A stretch of 64,000 nucleotides of DNA from Pseudovirgaria hyperparasitica (Eukaryota): NCBI GenBank assembly GCA_010093815.1, contig ML996567.1. One strand, given 5' to 3'. Under the pieces are notes generated by a model. It was not told the origin of the DNA. It searched no databases and was given only the letters and a program-made list of their open reading frames with translations. Below, in pieces: positions 49,296 through 62,846 of this stretch; position 1 is the first letter of the stretch, and each line of letters begins with the position of its first letter. A program made the translations under genes and the position numbers.

Positions 49296-50485
49296 CACTA
49301 CGGGTTGAGAGAAGAGGAAAATATTTAAACCGGAAGAGAGAACTGAATTCCCGCAGCGATGGTGTTGCTGGTGAGCTTGAGTTGAGATAATTAGAGCTCA
49401 AGTGGAATTTCTCAACTCCGGACCGCCTGAGCCTGGCTTTTCGCGCTAGCGCTCATCCCAACGGCCCAACAACGTGCGGTCCCGATAGATAGCCTAAAAC
49501 GCGCTGGCTACATAATACCTGGTAATGACTTTCTTCTACACCTCAGCCAACTAGTTCTAGCGTTTCTATCAAAATCCACAAGGCAACGCCGCGCGTAATT
49601 AGACTGACGGTATGGCGTATACACGCTCGTCCAGAGGCTATTATTTCCTTACTGAAGAGCTTCATAACGCATACGGACGAATATCGCAGCTGAACGCCGG
49701 TCCAGCAGGACCATCAGAGGCTCATCTCTTGGCACGTGAGGACTTTCCCGACACAAAGTTTCTCCATGCTTACAACGAATGTACTGTTCTTAACATGTCT
49801 AGACATATAGTCGCGGTGATATCTTCAACAACCAGTTTTCCACGCCGCGTCAGAGACAGTGGACGGGCGGCATGGCATAAATCTGTCATCGATAATTCTA
49901 ATTCGTCACTACAGCTGCTACGACTCATTGACATTATTCGCATTTGTCGATTCGACATGCCAGATATATGGTGTGCTTTTGAGGTTGGACGCCTCACCAA
50001 GCGTGATGTGGTGCACATTGGCTGCAGCTAGCGAATTTCTCTAAAGTCCTCGCCACAAGGTGTGACTGATAGAGCAACGTACCGCTCAAATCGACTTCTG
50101 TGACCTGGTGAGAGCAGTCAGCCCAGTCATGGACTTAAGCTATGTGACAGTGGCGTAATGAAGGCCATTCATTGACTCAATGCTGTCCAGCGCTCGCAAT
50201 GTCTGTGCAACTAGTCATTCTCCGCTGGGCCGCTCCGTGACCGGCCAACACCATGACGATGGTCAGACCATCGTCAAACCAGCTTGCATGGTAGTTCTAC
50301 TAAGTTCTGATTCGATTACCGGAAGTCGTTACCAACTGTTTGGAAGGCGAATGGTGTTGGTAAAGACCGGAGAATTGAATCAATACCCAAAGTATGGAAA
50401 CAAACAGAGCTATCATAAGTCTAAACATCTTCCTTCCTTCCTTCCTTTCCTTCCCTTCACCGTCCTATTTATTTTTTCACACATC

Positions 50486-51293
50486 ATGTGCATTCAACTC
50501 GCCTTCAAATGGCCCTGCGGGCATGCTCTTCCAAGCTCCCTGCTTGTATGCGATCGAGCTCGGATGCCGTGGACGTCTACGACGCCACCCTGTCTATTAC
50601 CCCAACTCCGCGTCATTCAGACCAAGGTCGGATGCTGTCCTTGTGCTGCTGCATGCTCCTGGTTCCCCTCCAAGCTATGAAGAGGCACTTGAAGACCGAC
50701 TTTCCATATTTCTAGCTTGTCATCACTTCTCGAAGTCTGTAAATAGGGTTCGGAGCATTTCAAAAATCCGAGGCACAATCATATCCTACAACTCCCAAAG
50801 GCTGAGAAACACGTACGACACAGCTCAAGACCACTAGCTGAAATCAACGTTTTGGACGCCTACGTCGGCAGTGTCCTCTACCATTCGTTATCGCCGATAC
50901 CTTCCGAAATAAGTACGACTTGTAAAGCGATTACAAGGCAACGTTATACAGATAGGGGGATATCACTGAGGTAGAAGCCCTCATCCGTCAAAGACACATA
51001 TCTTCATTTCCATGCAGCTGGTTTTTGTGGACTTGAGCATTATATGAAGCTCCTAAAACTTGAACGCAAGGTTGTGGAACCGACAATATCTCTTAAGGCT
51101 TGTCTTAATCCTTGATGCCTACGGCACAAGAAGACGGGGATTGTACTCATCTGCAAAACCCTTGCATCGCTAGGAAGAGGCGAAGTATCGAAACGAAGGA
51201 AAGCCGTTACGGGGCGATGTAAATACTACGTTGGTGATGAAGACAATCATGCTCTCTGTTATAAGTCATATGGAAACTCGATATCTCTTTAAT
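50486..51293 (+). pseudogene. MC..CGH Cys-rich ORF (64 aa, 50486-50680); probably the 5' end of a frameshifted, stop-interrupted longer gene
   Basis: MCIQLAFKWPCGH...C...C...CCPC; the +1 frame continues APGSPPSYEEALEDRL... for about 200 codons with three stops. Confidence 0.45.
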
Positions 51294-53721
51294 ATCAGCT
51301 ACACAGTCTTAAACCCTATCGTAGGCATATATGTAGTCACATGATCAGCTTAGCAGACAATATAATAGTGCTATGACAGGTTTATGTATACAGTCTATTC
51401 ATTACTCACGTGTATATGCTGTGATTATAGAACCTTATAGTGGTACATGTTTGCGGCGCAGCGCAACCGTATGTCTGCATAGAGTCCAGGCGTCAGGCAG
51501 CCACCAACGCCGTACAAGTACAGACGACTGCTGCGCCCGATCAGAGAGATATGGAACGCTATTGGGAAATTTACATGCCAGGGTCTCCGGATCTTTTACC
51601 CATCTAAGACGTAGGAATTCTGAAAAATCTTCACGCTCGTTGCGGCGCAGTCTTCCAAGTCCCAGCCTCTGTTATCCAAGAAATAGGTATTTGTCACTTC
51701 AATTCCGAATTCTAGCTTGGAACACGTGGGGGACGTACTCCTTCGTTGACTCTAAAGTAGAAGGTTGGATTGGCCATATTGTACTACATTACCTGTACAT
51801 ACTATTACTTGACGCAGTTATCAAAAGCTGTATTAAGCAACCAGCCAAAAACATAGACACTTGGATAAGAGCCAGTGAGCAAAACGCAACGAATGCCATA
51901 CTCAGCGAGCTGCTAGGTTCGCTCAGTTGATTAGTTGCCCTCGTAGATGTGATCTTGAAGGGCGATGAGTGCGATTCTGTGCGACAGATCATTGCTCAGC
52001 AACCTGGCATTCATTGCATTTCTTAACAGACTCAATGCACCTTCGAAAGCACGTTCAGGACCTCCTTACGATAAGAGATGACTCCATGACGGTCTCTTGC
52101 TAAACCTGCGCTCAGAACACAAGATATATGTGAGAGTAAAGCCGATCGTATTGAGTGAGTTGTAAGAATTGTGAACTTGTATCATGATATATACATTTAC
52201 ACTTAGTCACCAGTGCTACTGCCTAGTGCGCCATTATAACTTCCACGATAGACTGTTACGTCAATGCCTTGGGTAACGGAATGGCTTCGACTCGATGCTC
52301 TGTACTGCAAAGTGCAAGCAAGATCGCATAGATCGAACCATCCGCCCATGTATGAGAGCACGAAAATGGCGAAGCTTCGACTGCGATATATGCGGAAGCT
52401 AGTACTGTTCGTGTGGAAGAAAAAAAAAGCTTGAAGTCGATCATGCATGCTATAGGACAAGCAAGTCTAGGGTAGCTAGTGACGTGCATCTCGACTCAGA
52501 AGTTCGGAACTGCAGAGGAAAGGTCTGTATTATCAGGCAGCCCATAGCTAGATACAGAACTAGGAATGTCAGTTGAAGTGGTCGCTACTTACGAGGACGC
52601 TTGCGTGGTAATGGTACAGAATGATTGAACACTCCTTTCGACCAGCCAGTCGAAGAGCCACTGCTGAAGCACTTCCAGCACCTCGCCACTGCAGGTCTTG
52701 TAGGACCTTAAGGCATACCTATAGCAGCGCAAGAGGAGGAATTCAGAGACTGGATTCAGAAAGCGACAAGGTGCTAGTAATGAGAAGATCAAGACACTTA
52801 TGCACACTGCACGAGCGCCGGTGTACCCAATCCAGTAAGGAGGGTCGTAGAAACGATTCAAGGAGACCAACTGGGCATTTCTGGATCAGGATGGGTAACG
52901 AAAATCCGCCAGGGCTCGATCATAAAGCCCATCAACAATGGTTAGTGTTGAGAGGTGGATTTGACCGATCCGCCCGGTTCACGTATACGGGTATGAATAT
53001 ATGATGTTACAGGGTGTAAGATCTCTTCGGACAGCTGCTTCTATGGCTCAGTTAAGGTATACGATATACGATCTCTGTCGGATTCCACTTTCTGAGGACA
53101 CTCTCCGTCAATTTACATGCCACTTCGTCGATCAGTAGTTCGTACCTGCCAGAAAGTCTGGAAACGAAATTCCAACCCGCCCAGAGGATTCATCACAAAC
53201 GAAACTAGCCCACCGGTGAAACTTCCAAGAGGCGCCACAGGAACATACAGCCTGGACACTGGAGGAGAAAGCCTTTCCTCATATCTCCACCTCCCATCGA
53301 TTTTTCCGTCTTTGTCTCGAGGCCGCTCCCGCGCGACCCACCAGGACCCACAGGATCACTATATATCTCTTGGCACCAGATATCGTCATTCTAGGGACTT
53401 TTGCTGCTTCAAAGCATGACTGGACATTTGTTTGTAACGCAGAATGATTACCTAGGCTCACATCGCGCAGAGCTTACGTCTGAGGGCCTGTTTGGAGCAA
53501 GGATATGTAGGCGATGTTGGATTGGTGGCAGGCCTGGCATGCTTATTACACGCCTCGCCTGGACGGCATTATTCGCATGCAAAGGCGGGTGGTTTAGAAG
53601 CCAAGAAAATGGGACGGAGCATTGGGATGAACCAATCAGCTACCATTTTGAGATATTAGAGAAATACGTATAAGAAGTAGTAGAGAGCCAGATCTCATAT
53701 TCAAACAGCAATAGAGCAATC

Positions 53722-54937
53722 ATGAAAGCACAAATCGTTCTCTTTATTGCAGGAATTGCCTCAACTGCTTCCGCAGTGACAGCCGTGAAGCCCTACTCGC
53801 AATGGATGGCTGACTCGTTCATCGCTCGAGGCGTGGCGAAGGAGAAGTCGTATACCTTTCCAACACTCTATCGTGGATTCGAGATGGTGTATAATGCGAC
53901 GCGCAACACCAAGTACTCTACCTTCGTTCAGACGCAGGTTGACGCAGTATTAACGGACAATGCAACCTCACCACTGATCGGGTGGAACTTTGGCAGGTCG
54001 CACCTCGACGATATCAAGATTGGCAGTAGCATACTCGATCTGTATGCGAGGACCAAACAGGCAAAATATAAGACTGCGGCGGATTTTCTGCGGCAAAGAT
54101 TGAACCTGCATCCAAGGACTGCCTCTGGAGGGTTCTGGCACAAGGTAATTCAACTTACGCATCGGTCAATGCGGTATGAACTGATTGCAATGACAGATTC
54201 CGGAGTATCCCAACCAGATGTGGCTTGATGGTCTGTTTATGCAGAGTGACTTCTACGCTCGATACACGTCGTTCTTCGATTCCAGTAATGTTACTGCCTG
54301 GAACGATATTGTACACCAGTTCGAGCTGATTGAGGAGCACACGCGCGACCCAGAAAGTGGACTGCTCTTCCACGGCTATGACGAAAGCAAGGTCGCAGTT
54401 TGGGCTGATCCAGTGACTGGAGCATGCCCACACATTTGGGACAGAGCAGTTGGCTGGTACGCTATGGCACTACTTGATGTCCTGGACTATTTGCCGAAGT
54501 CAAACCCAGGTTACGCAAAGTTAAAGGGATACTTCACAACCCTCGCAGCCGCTATCATTGAATCGCAGGACAGTGCCACAGGCGGATGGTGGTTGGTGAT
54601 GGATGAGCCATATCCTGGACAGGCTGGAAATTACATCGAGTCCAGCGGTGTTTCCATGTTTACATACAGCATGTTAAAGGGAATCCGTAAAGGCTTTCTC
54701 CCGAAGTCCACATATGAGGCGCCAGCACGTAGGGCTTACCAGCTAATGCTCGACAAATTCGTTACAAATAGCGGAGTCAATAATACGCTGAATTGGGAAG
54801 GGACCGTGGAAGTTGGGAGTTTGGGTGGTAATGGTACGTACGAGTACTACATCGCTCAAAAGATTGCACAGAATGATTTCAAGGGGGCGGGCCCCTTCAT
54901 ATATGCCTCGATAGAGCTTGAAAAGCTTGATGCCTAA
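53722..54937 (+). CDS. Secreted glycoside hydrolase family 105 (unsaturated rhamnogalacturonyl hydrolase-like); exons 53722-54144, 54197-54937
   Basis: Signal peptide; HLDDI, GGFWHK|IPEYPNQMWLDGLFM, HGYDE, WDRAVGW and YIESSG. Confidence 0.92.
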
Positions 54938-55074
54938 GGTGTGCCTTAAGTTGTCCGGAGGGAAGCAAATTGTTGTGTCCTGCTTTTCATCGATCATTCT
55001 CCTGCTTGTAGCAGTATTTGATATCCTGGTATTGGCCATGCTCTTTGGCTCAAATTATTATGCTTGTCCAGACA

Positions 55075-56068
55075 TCATTTGTCGCGTGCTGTGACGGTGA
55101 AACCACGGGTCATGAAATCAGTGTTCTTGCCTGAAGCTCTGTTATTGGATGTGAAAAGGCTCTTGAGATTTTCGTTGGGGTTGATTTTTCTTTTCTTGTT
55201 CCTTTCGTCTTGCTCGGCCATGACTTTCGCAGTGAGAGAGGCCGTAGCAGAGTTCTTGATGTGTCCGGAATTCTTTTCGCCATTCAGCGTCATAGAAGAG
55301 CTTTTTGCTTCAGCTTTGTCGGCATGCTTCTTCCTTTTCTTACTACCGCTTTGCTTCTTCAAGGAGTGGGCTAGACCCTGTTCTTTCAGAGTCGTTTCTC
55401 TGAGAAGAAGACGCGCAATATCCGTCTCTTCGGTCGGCAAGATTGGAACAACATCGTTTGATGCATAGGGTCCTTCACACTACAGTTTGTTAGATCTGGA
55501 CGTATATTATCTCACTTCGAGAACATACCTGTGGGCACTTCTCGCCAGAAACCTCTTTTATAGCTGCGGCCACGAATGCATGACCACATGGTACGATATA
55601 GACTGCTTTAGCGCCTGGTCCTAAGGGCTTATTTGTAAGTGGACATTTCCACTTTGGGGGCTTATTTGCTTTGTTGTTTGCTCCAGCTGCATCTTCGTCT
55701 TCGTCTATCACAAACTTGACCTCTACAATATCCTTGAGACTCTTCACACTCCCTTCCAAAATCTTGTCGGCTTCCTCTTTGCCACGACTATCCTCTGACG
55801 GTAGGAGGTACTCGAGTATCGTTTCCTTGTTGTATAGTCTGCCTGCGCAATCCGAGACCACTGGCACTTCTAGCGGACGGTTGCTGATAGGATCAGTAGT
55901 CCAGAGAAATTCTTGCTTTTCCTGGCGAGTTTCTTTGAGCTGCGCAGTTGTCGGGTTTCTGGCAGCTTCTTTCACGAGCTCTCTGCGAGTTGGAATACTG
56001 GTTGCGGTTAGATTGAGTAGTATATGAGAACCTATTATGAATACTCACCTGCCTCCATCGTTGCCCAT
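55075..56068 (-). CDS. RTF2: Replication termination factor 2 family RING-like protein; exons 56068-56049, 55997-55529, 55479-55075
   Basis: MGNDGGSIPTRRELVK, GRLYNKE, VPCGHAF, CPQ|C and DFMTRG. Confidence 0.93.
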
Positions 56069-56437
56069 GACCAGTCGAAGTAGCCGAGTTGACGATCCTT
56101 ATCACGTTCGAAGGTGGAGTGTATCTCAAATGACCTCCCAGGTACTGTAGAGGACAGTGGTGGATCCACTCGCGCATGCTAGCGTGTATCAGTTGTTGCC
56201 TCAGGCCTCATGAGCCGCGAGCAAGCGACGTTTGATAATTGCTGGCACAGGATTGGAGGGGAAAGCTGGCTCTTCTCCAAGTTTACCGATATCACCATCA
56301 GGGCCATTGCTCGACCTCGGGCTAAAGACTTAGGACCCACAGCATTCTAAGCATGCTCACAAAGTAGCTTTCTCTCGCACGCCTCTTGCCTGGTGATCCA
56401 CATGTCCTTTGCTTCTCTATTGTGACCGCTTGTAGCT

Positions 56438-58427
56438 ATGGCTTCAAGACGCGCGTGCACGCCTCTGCTGAGCCGATCCTGCGCGAAGTCCATACCACGA
56501 TTCGGAAGCTTGCCCACAGCACCTACAGCTCGTTCCGCCAGAGCTACTACTATTCGCAATTACGAACCACGGCGTCATCTGTCGAGACAATGCCGATTCT
56601 TCTCATCTACTACCGCTCGAAAACTCGCCGAGGCTCACGAGCAAACTTTCGACCCTAAGCAGCAAGAACGCGAGAGCGATGAGGTAGATGTCTGCATTGT
56701 GGGAGGAGGTCCAGCAGGGTTGAGTGCTGCTATCCGTCTCAAGCAATTGGCGAACGAAGCTGGCAATGAAGAGTTCCGCGTGATTGTACTTGAAAAGGCT
56801 GGAGAGATTGGCGATCACATTGTATCAGGCAATGTTATGGAGCCATCAGCCATCAAGGAGTTACTTCCAGATTGGCTCTCAGAAGACAATCCAAATCGAT
56901 TTGAGAGGGTCACCCCGGCGACAAAAGATCAAATGAAATTCCTCACAAAGAACAGTGCGATCCCGCTTCCAAAGCCGCCTCAGATGAACAATCATGGGAA
57001 TTACATAATAAGCCTGAACGAGTTCACGAAGTGGTTAGGAGAGCGCGCAGAAGAGTTAGGAGTCGAGATATATCCAGGATTTGCTGGAGCAGAGCTTCTA
57101 TACACCGATGATGGGGCAGCTGTGAAGGGTGTGGCTACAAATGACCTCGGTATATCTAGACAAGGCAAGGCCAAGGACTCATTCGAACGTGGCATGGAGT
57201 TTCATGCCAAAGTGACTCTTCTTGGAGAAGGTGCCCACGGCAGCTTGACGAAACAGGTTGTTAAGAAGTATGACCTCAGGAGAGATAGTCAACACCAGAC
57301 ATATGCCTTGGGTATCAAAGAGGTTTGGGAAATCGAACCAGAGAAGTTTCAGTCAGGACTGATTGTCCATTCTATGGGCTATCCACTACCTAGTGATACT
57401 TATGGAGGTGGCTGGATGTACCACTTTGGAGAGAACCTGGTCAGCATTGGCTTAGTAACTGCTCTGGATTACCCAAACCCCTGGCTGGCACCATATGGCG
57501 AATTTCAAAAGATGAAGCACCATCCTTTGTATAAGAGCACGCTTGAGGGTGGGAAATGTATCTCGTACGGCGCCAGGACACTCGTGGAAGGCGGCTTTCA
57601 ATCAATACCAAAGGTCGCGTTTCCCGGTGGTGCATTGATTGGTGACACTGCAGGCTTCGTAAATGTCCCAAAGATAAAGGGCACACATAACGCCATGCGC
57701 TCTGGCATGTTGGCTGCCGAAGCTGCTTATGAAGCCATCACAACCGATGACGAGGGTGATATCTTCCTCTTCAAATATGAGGATACCCTTCGCGAATCCC
57801 CAATCTGGAAGGAACTTAAGCAAGTTCGGAACATGAGGCCTTCGTTCCATGGCCCGCTTGGCCTCTATGGTGGTGTCCTGTATTCTGGGCTTGAAGCCTA
57901 TCTTTTCAGGGGCAAGACACCGTGGACATTGAAACACGGCAAACCAGACCATGCCGCCACCAAAACCGCTGATCAGTGCCAGAAAATCGAGTACCCTAAA
58001 CCAGATGGAAAGATCAGCTTCGATATTCTGACAAGTGTGAGCAGAAGTGGCACAAATCACGAGGAAGACCAGCCCGTACACCTACAGGTAAAAGACTGGG
58101 ACAAGCACGCACAGATGGAATGGCCAAAGTACAAAGGGATTGAGAACAGATTTTGCCCAGCTGGTGTATATGAATATGTTGAAGACGAAACACGAGATCT
58201 AGGTGTGAGGTTCCAGATCAATGCGCAAAAGTATGTATCACTTTGTCCCACGCCGAGACATGCTGACACCGCTATAGCTGCGTGCACTGCAAGACATGTG
58301 ATATAAAGGTCCCTGACCAGGATATAAATTGGGCTGTTCCTCAGGTAAGGCTCTCGAGAATAGACGTGTGGGAGAACAACTAATGATAGAATAGGGCGGT
58401 GAAGGACCCAAATACGTTATGACATAA
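56438..58427 (+). CDS. CIR2: Electron transfer flavoprotein-ubiquinone oxidoreductase; exons 56438-58230, 58278-58344, 58395-58427
   Basis: [15 protein letters not shown] motif; CPAGVYE and [11 protein letters not shown] 4Fe-4S ligands; ends GGEGPKY. Confidence 0.97.
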
Positions 58428-59255
58428 CGTCTACTCGTCCTCAGCTTGCTTTTCGTTGTATATATTCCATATGCACTGTACATAAGAAATGCATTTACAC
58501 TTGAGCCTCTTCTTGTCTGAGGGGAGTTATTATCGAGACAGTGGGTTGTTCATCAACAGCTTGACATGTACGAAAATTGCTCCTGAAGCATGTCAGACCT
58601 TGCCTTGCCTTGAACATGTGGCCCTACTTTACCGCTGAGCACTAAATGATGACCGAGAACTCATGCTGATCGCTTGAGAATGATATTTCCTTGTAAATCT
58701 ACACAGGATACAGGCCTCAGACAACCATCGACACACACGATTCTTGAATGTAGAGCTGCAAGCCTGGCTACAAGGCTTCAAACAGAAGTGATATGCGTGC
58801 CAGCTCAGCCAAAACACCGGAAATGCTGCGACAGGGCGAATGCATAGCAGCAACATGGAGCCACGGGCTGAATGATTTGGTGCGCAAACGGGCTCATCCC
58901 TGCCGAACCTGGAGAGTGAGGCGGTCGCTCGCTCGCTAACCACAGCTTTTTGTCGGCCACTAGCGCCAAATTCCCCGTAGCCTAAGCCGATAGCTCACCA
59001 AGTTTCCTCCACCCACGCAACTACTTCAACTCCTTCAACTTCCCTCGTCCACCTCCCTTCTTCTCCTCCTCTTCCTCCTACTCATCATCATCCACTCCGT
59101 CGTGAGAGAGCATCTTTGGCCATTCTCATCTCTCACGCCTATCCAGAGGCCTTTCAGCTGTTTACCTTCGGAACTCTGACCCATCAAACCTTCCCACACC
59201 GGCTGTTTAAAGGTCGACGCCTCTCGCTCAGCCAGGCTATTTGCAATCTCTCACA

Positions 59256-60893
59256 ATGAGCGCCACCGAAGTATCCTCCACCCGCCTCTATCTGGGCAAC
59301 CTGCCTCGCACTGGTATGATGCTTCCCGCTATCCTGGATGGATATGGTCACCTTCAATATTTGCGCGTTAGATGAGGACCGTTTGGACCCAGGCCATTAA
59401 CTCTCCAAATTTGGATAATTGACTTGCTGACTGGAATCTGGAACAGCGACAAAGGCAGACGTTGAGTCCCACTTCCAGAAGCATGGCACTGGCAAAATCA
59501 CTGAGATCAAACTCATGAATGGCTTCGGCTTTATCGAGTACGAAGACGCTATGGACGCGCGCGATGTTGTTCCTGGTGAGTTGATACGAACATCTCACAA
59601 CGAGCTCTACTGATATCACCTCTAGCCTTCCGTACGTATTTTGTTGCGAGAGCTAGTTTCTACCTTGGAAATATCTGACCATTAGTGATAGACGGATCGG
59701 ACTTCATGGGTGAGCGACTCGTCGTTCAATTCGCTCGCGGCTCCCGTGCTCGCAACGAGAACTTCCCCAACCAGGAGCGAGTTACGCCCCGTCCGCGTCG
59801 CACCCCGTTCCGGATGGACATTACAGGTCTCTCTACGGACACTTCTTGGCAGGTTAGCATCCTTCTTCCCCGCTTGAACTTGGCCCATCGGAATCACTTT
59901 CTTTTCGTCATTTAAACCCATTTTGTCTTTGGCCACTGCCCTGCCAATGTCATGCCTTCAACCTGTTTGGTGGCAACGCTCCTACAAGTCATGTCTGGAA
60001 GGCACCTAGGGCTGCCGTCCATGAAAGTTTTCTATCACTCCATGTTTTACAGCAATACCTCATCAAGTCTGAATGGCTGGACATCGGGTCTATTCCATAC
60101 ATGCGTGCCCCGGGTAGACAACACTCCGGCTTTAGCCTGTTTCCATCCGTTAGGTCTGCTAGAATCCCACTCACAGGACATCTAGGACCTCAAGGACTTC
60201 GCTCGCCAGAATGGCCTGGACGTCGTCTATTCTGAAGTTGGCCGCGAACGTGATGGCAAGGGGTGAGTTTGCGAAGATCCGAAACATGTATCTGCAGCTA
60301 AGCTTTCAAGCAGCTTCGTTGAGTATGAGACTGCCGCCGATTTGAGAAAAGCCGTGGAGATGTTAGACAACCAAGAGTTCAAAACCGCAACTGTCCGTTG
60401 CGTTGCCAATGTAAGAGTGTTCGTATGACGACCTCACGGGCACCAACCTAACAATTTGCAGACTCAAGAAGACCGTCGCAGTGACCGCTTCCGTTCTCGT
60501 TCCCCCACTGGTGGTCGCCGCCCCTACGGAGCTCCCGGCGATGATTACTATGATCGTCGAGGACCGCCCGGTGGCCGGGCATATTCACCTCGTGCCGACT
60601 ACCGCCGCCGCAGCCCACCTCCTCGCGACTACTACGATCGCGAACGATATGGTCGTTCTCCTCCCAGAGTTCGTGGACCTCCCGAAGACTACCCCCCGCG
60701 TCGCTACCCAGAAGATCCTTACGAGCCCCGTGTCCCTCCCCGTGGTGGATACCGTCCGGACCCGTACGCCAATGGCCACGATCGCGGATACGGGAGGCCT
60801 TTGTCACCCCGCGGACGTCCTCGTAGCCCTCCACGTGCAGGTTATGATGACCCTTATGCAGCGCGTGATCCGTACGCTCGTGCTCCCTACTAA
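59256..60893 (+). CDS. SR-family splicing factor with two RRMs (Srp2/SRSF4-6-like); exons 59256-59313, 59447-59575, 59626-59631, 59692-59852, 60186-60262, 60314-60410, 60462-60893
   Basis: RLYLGNL and GFGFIEY (RRM1); TSWQ|DLKDFAR (pseudo-RRM2); RS/RD/P-rich tail. Confidence 0.92.
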
Positions 60894-61528
60894 GTACATC
60901 ACCCATGTCATACTGGTTAGTCTGTAGATTCGGACCTTCTAGCTCTTTTCATCATTTATGTGTTTCAAGGGACCTATTGATGTCGCCGCCATGCTTCTCA
61001 TGGTACGGTCTTGTCGATCTTGTCGATCTTTTCTGTAGATCGATGTGGTTTTCATTTTTTACTGATGACCTTATGTGGACTCTCGACGATGAAGGGAAGG
61101 AAGGGAGCCTGGACAACTGCTGCATTGTACACTATACAAAAGTCGATATGTTGATGGGGTCCACATAATACATGCAAGATACCCATATCCTTGATTCAAC
61201 AGCTGGAAGTAGTGACTTGTACATTCATGATGGGATGTGCTATGTGTGCGTAGACAATCGCCGACTTCCGGTTATCCCGCGTAGGCAAGCTTTTACTAAT
61301 TTCTAGCGATTGATGGCAGCTATTCACTAATACCACTCTATTCTCAAAATTCTACTGTTTGTAGATCAATTCTAGGAGAAGTAAAGGTTGACCAGCTAGC
61401 TACAGCAGTGCTTTCATACAACTGACCAAGTTCGACTGTTCTTCTCAGAGAAAGTCGAAACAAATTGTCATCCAGTAAAAGCATATCATACATGCTTCTC
61501 AATACCATCTACCCTGATTACAGGTATC

Positions 61529-62453
61529 TCACACAACAACCCTGACTTTCCTCCTCAGTAGTCCTTTATGCGCCTCAGACTCCAACCCTCTAACCTGGAC
61601 CTCGAAATCAAAATCACCCAAGTACTTTATCCTGTTATTAGCAGCCACCTCTTCGGCCGCCGCGCCCACGATATTCACAAAACGAATATCCGCCTCGGAC
61701 ACCTGCACCATACTCGCCTCATCGTTCAATGCCAAACTACGGACAATCTCGCTTGCCAGATCCGCTGGGCTCACACTGCCGTAAATTTCGCCCAAGTACG
61801 GCTTCTTCGGACCCGGACTGCTCAGATCCACGTGGTTATTATTGGGCGTCGGCTCTGACGTGTCCTTGCTGATCGGCGTCCGTCGCAGGACGAGGGAGGC
61901 GGGCACGAAGATGCTAAGAAGCTCGAATGTGCGCTGTGGGCTGAGCGTGCTGAGAGTCACGGGCTGGGTAGTCGAAGCGGCAGTCTCGGCGGCCTTGACA
62001 ACGGAGGCACTGATGGAGTCGAGGGGCAGGTCGGCGGCGCGGCCATAGTCCCAGTCGCGCTCCATTGGCGTTTTGAGAGTTGTGAGGGTGCGTAGTTCGG
62101 CCCAGGGGATGTAGTCAGCCCAGCGGCGGTGGTACCAAGTGTTGCGCATTATGGAGCGTTTCACGGGGACGATGGAGCCTTGTGTCGTTGTCAGTGGCTG
62201 CCTCGATCATTGATTGCAATCAAATGAGACAAATGACGGAGCGAGTACGAAGATTGTACATACCCTTCTTCCCAAATGTCGCGACATTCTTGAGTAGTCG
62301 GACGGTAATGAAGTCTGCCTTGTTCGTGTCCGTCTTCTTCCCGCGAGTCTGCTGCTGTTGGAAGGGGAGCCAAGCCTTGAGGCCATATTCAGAGATTCGT
62401 CGTGAGCACGATATGCATTGTGGAAGGAGAGAAGGGCGCGTAAGAGATGCCAT
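61529..62453 (-). CDS. Mitochondrial ribosomal protein bL9m; exons 62453-62264, 62178-61529
   Basis: Presequence ending QQQQTRGKK; VRLLKNVATFGKKG|SIVPV...MRN and IYGSVS...RIKYLG L9 motifs. Confidence 0.85.
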
Positions 62454-62846
62454 CGAAGTTGAATCGCGGTCGTTGGGGTGACGAAGCTCTCATGAAGCTT
62501 TGCAAGATATGATCTTTTGGGAGAAAGTTGCGGGTAGCGCGTATAATTGAGCACGATAGGCGTACAGCGATGCCCGCGGTCAGCTCCCGCTCTGGGCACC
62601 TCCGCTGACCGCCGACACTGGCCGGAAGCGCTAGACAGTGGACGGAGGCATATATGCCGTGGTAATAGTGAAAGGGAGTTGTGAGCTGTCTGTGCCCTGC
62701 CTGGTCTCCTCCAATGGCAGTTACAGGTTTTCAAAGTTTCACTTTGCCTGTGTCTGTATCAATCGTATTGCGCTGCTTCATTCTGTGGTAACACAGCGCC
62801 ACTGGCCAATTTCGGAAACGTAATCGCATCCAAACCTCGCATCGCC

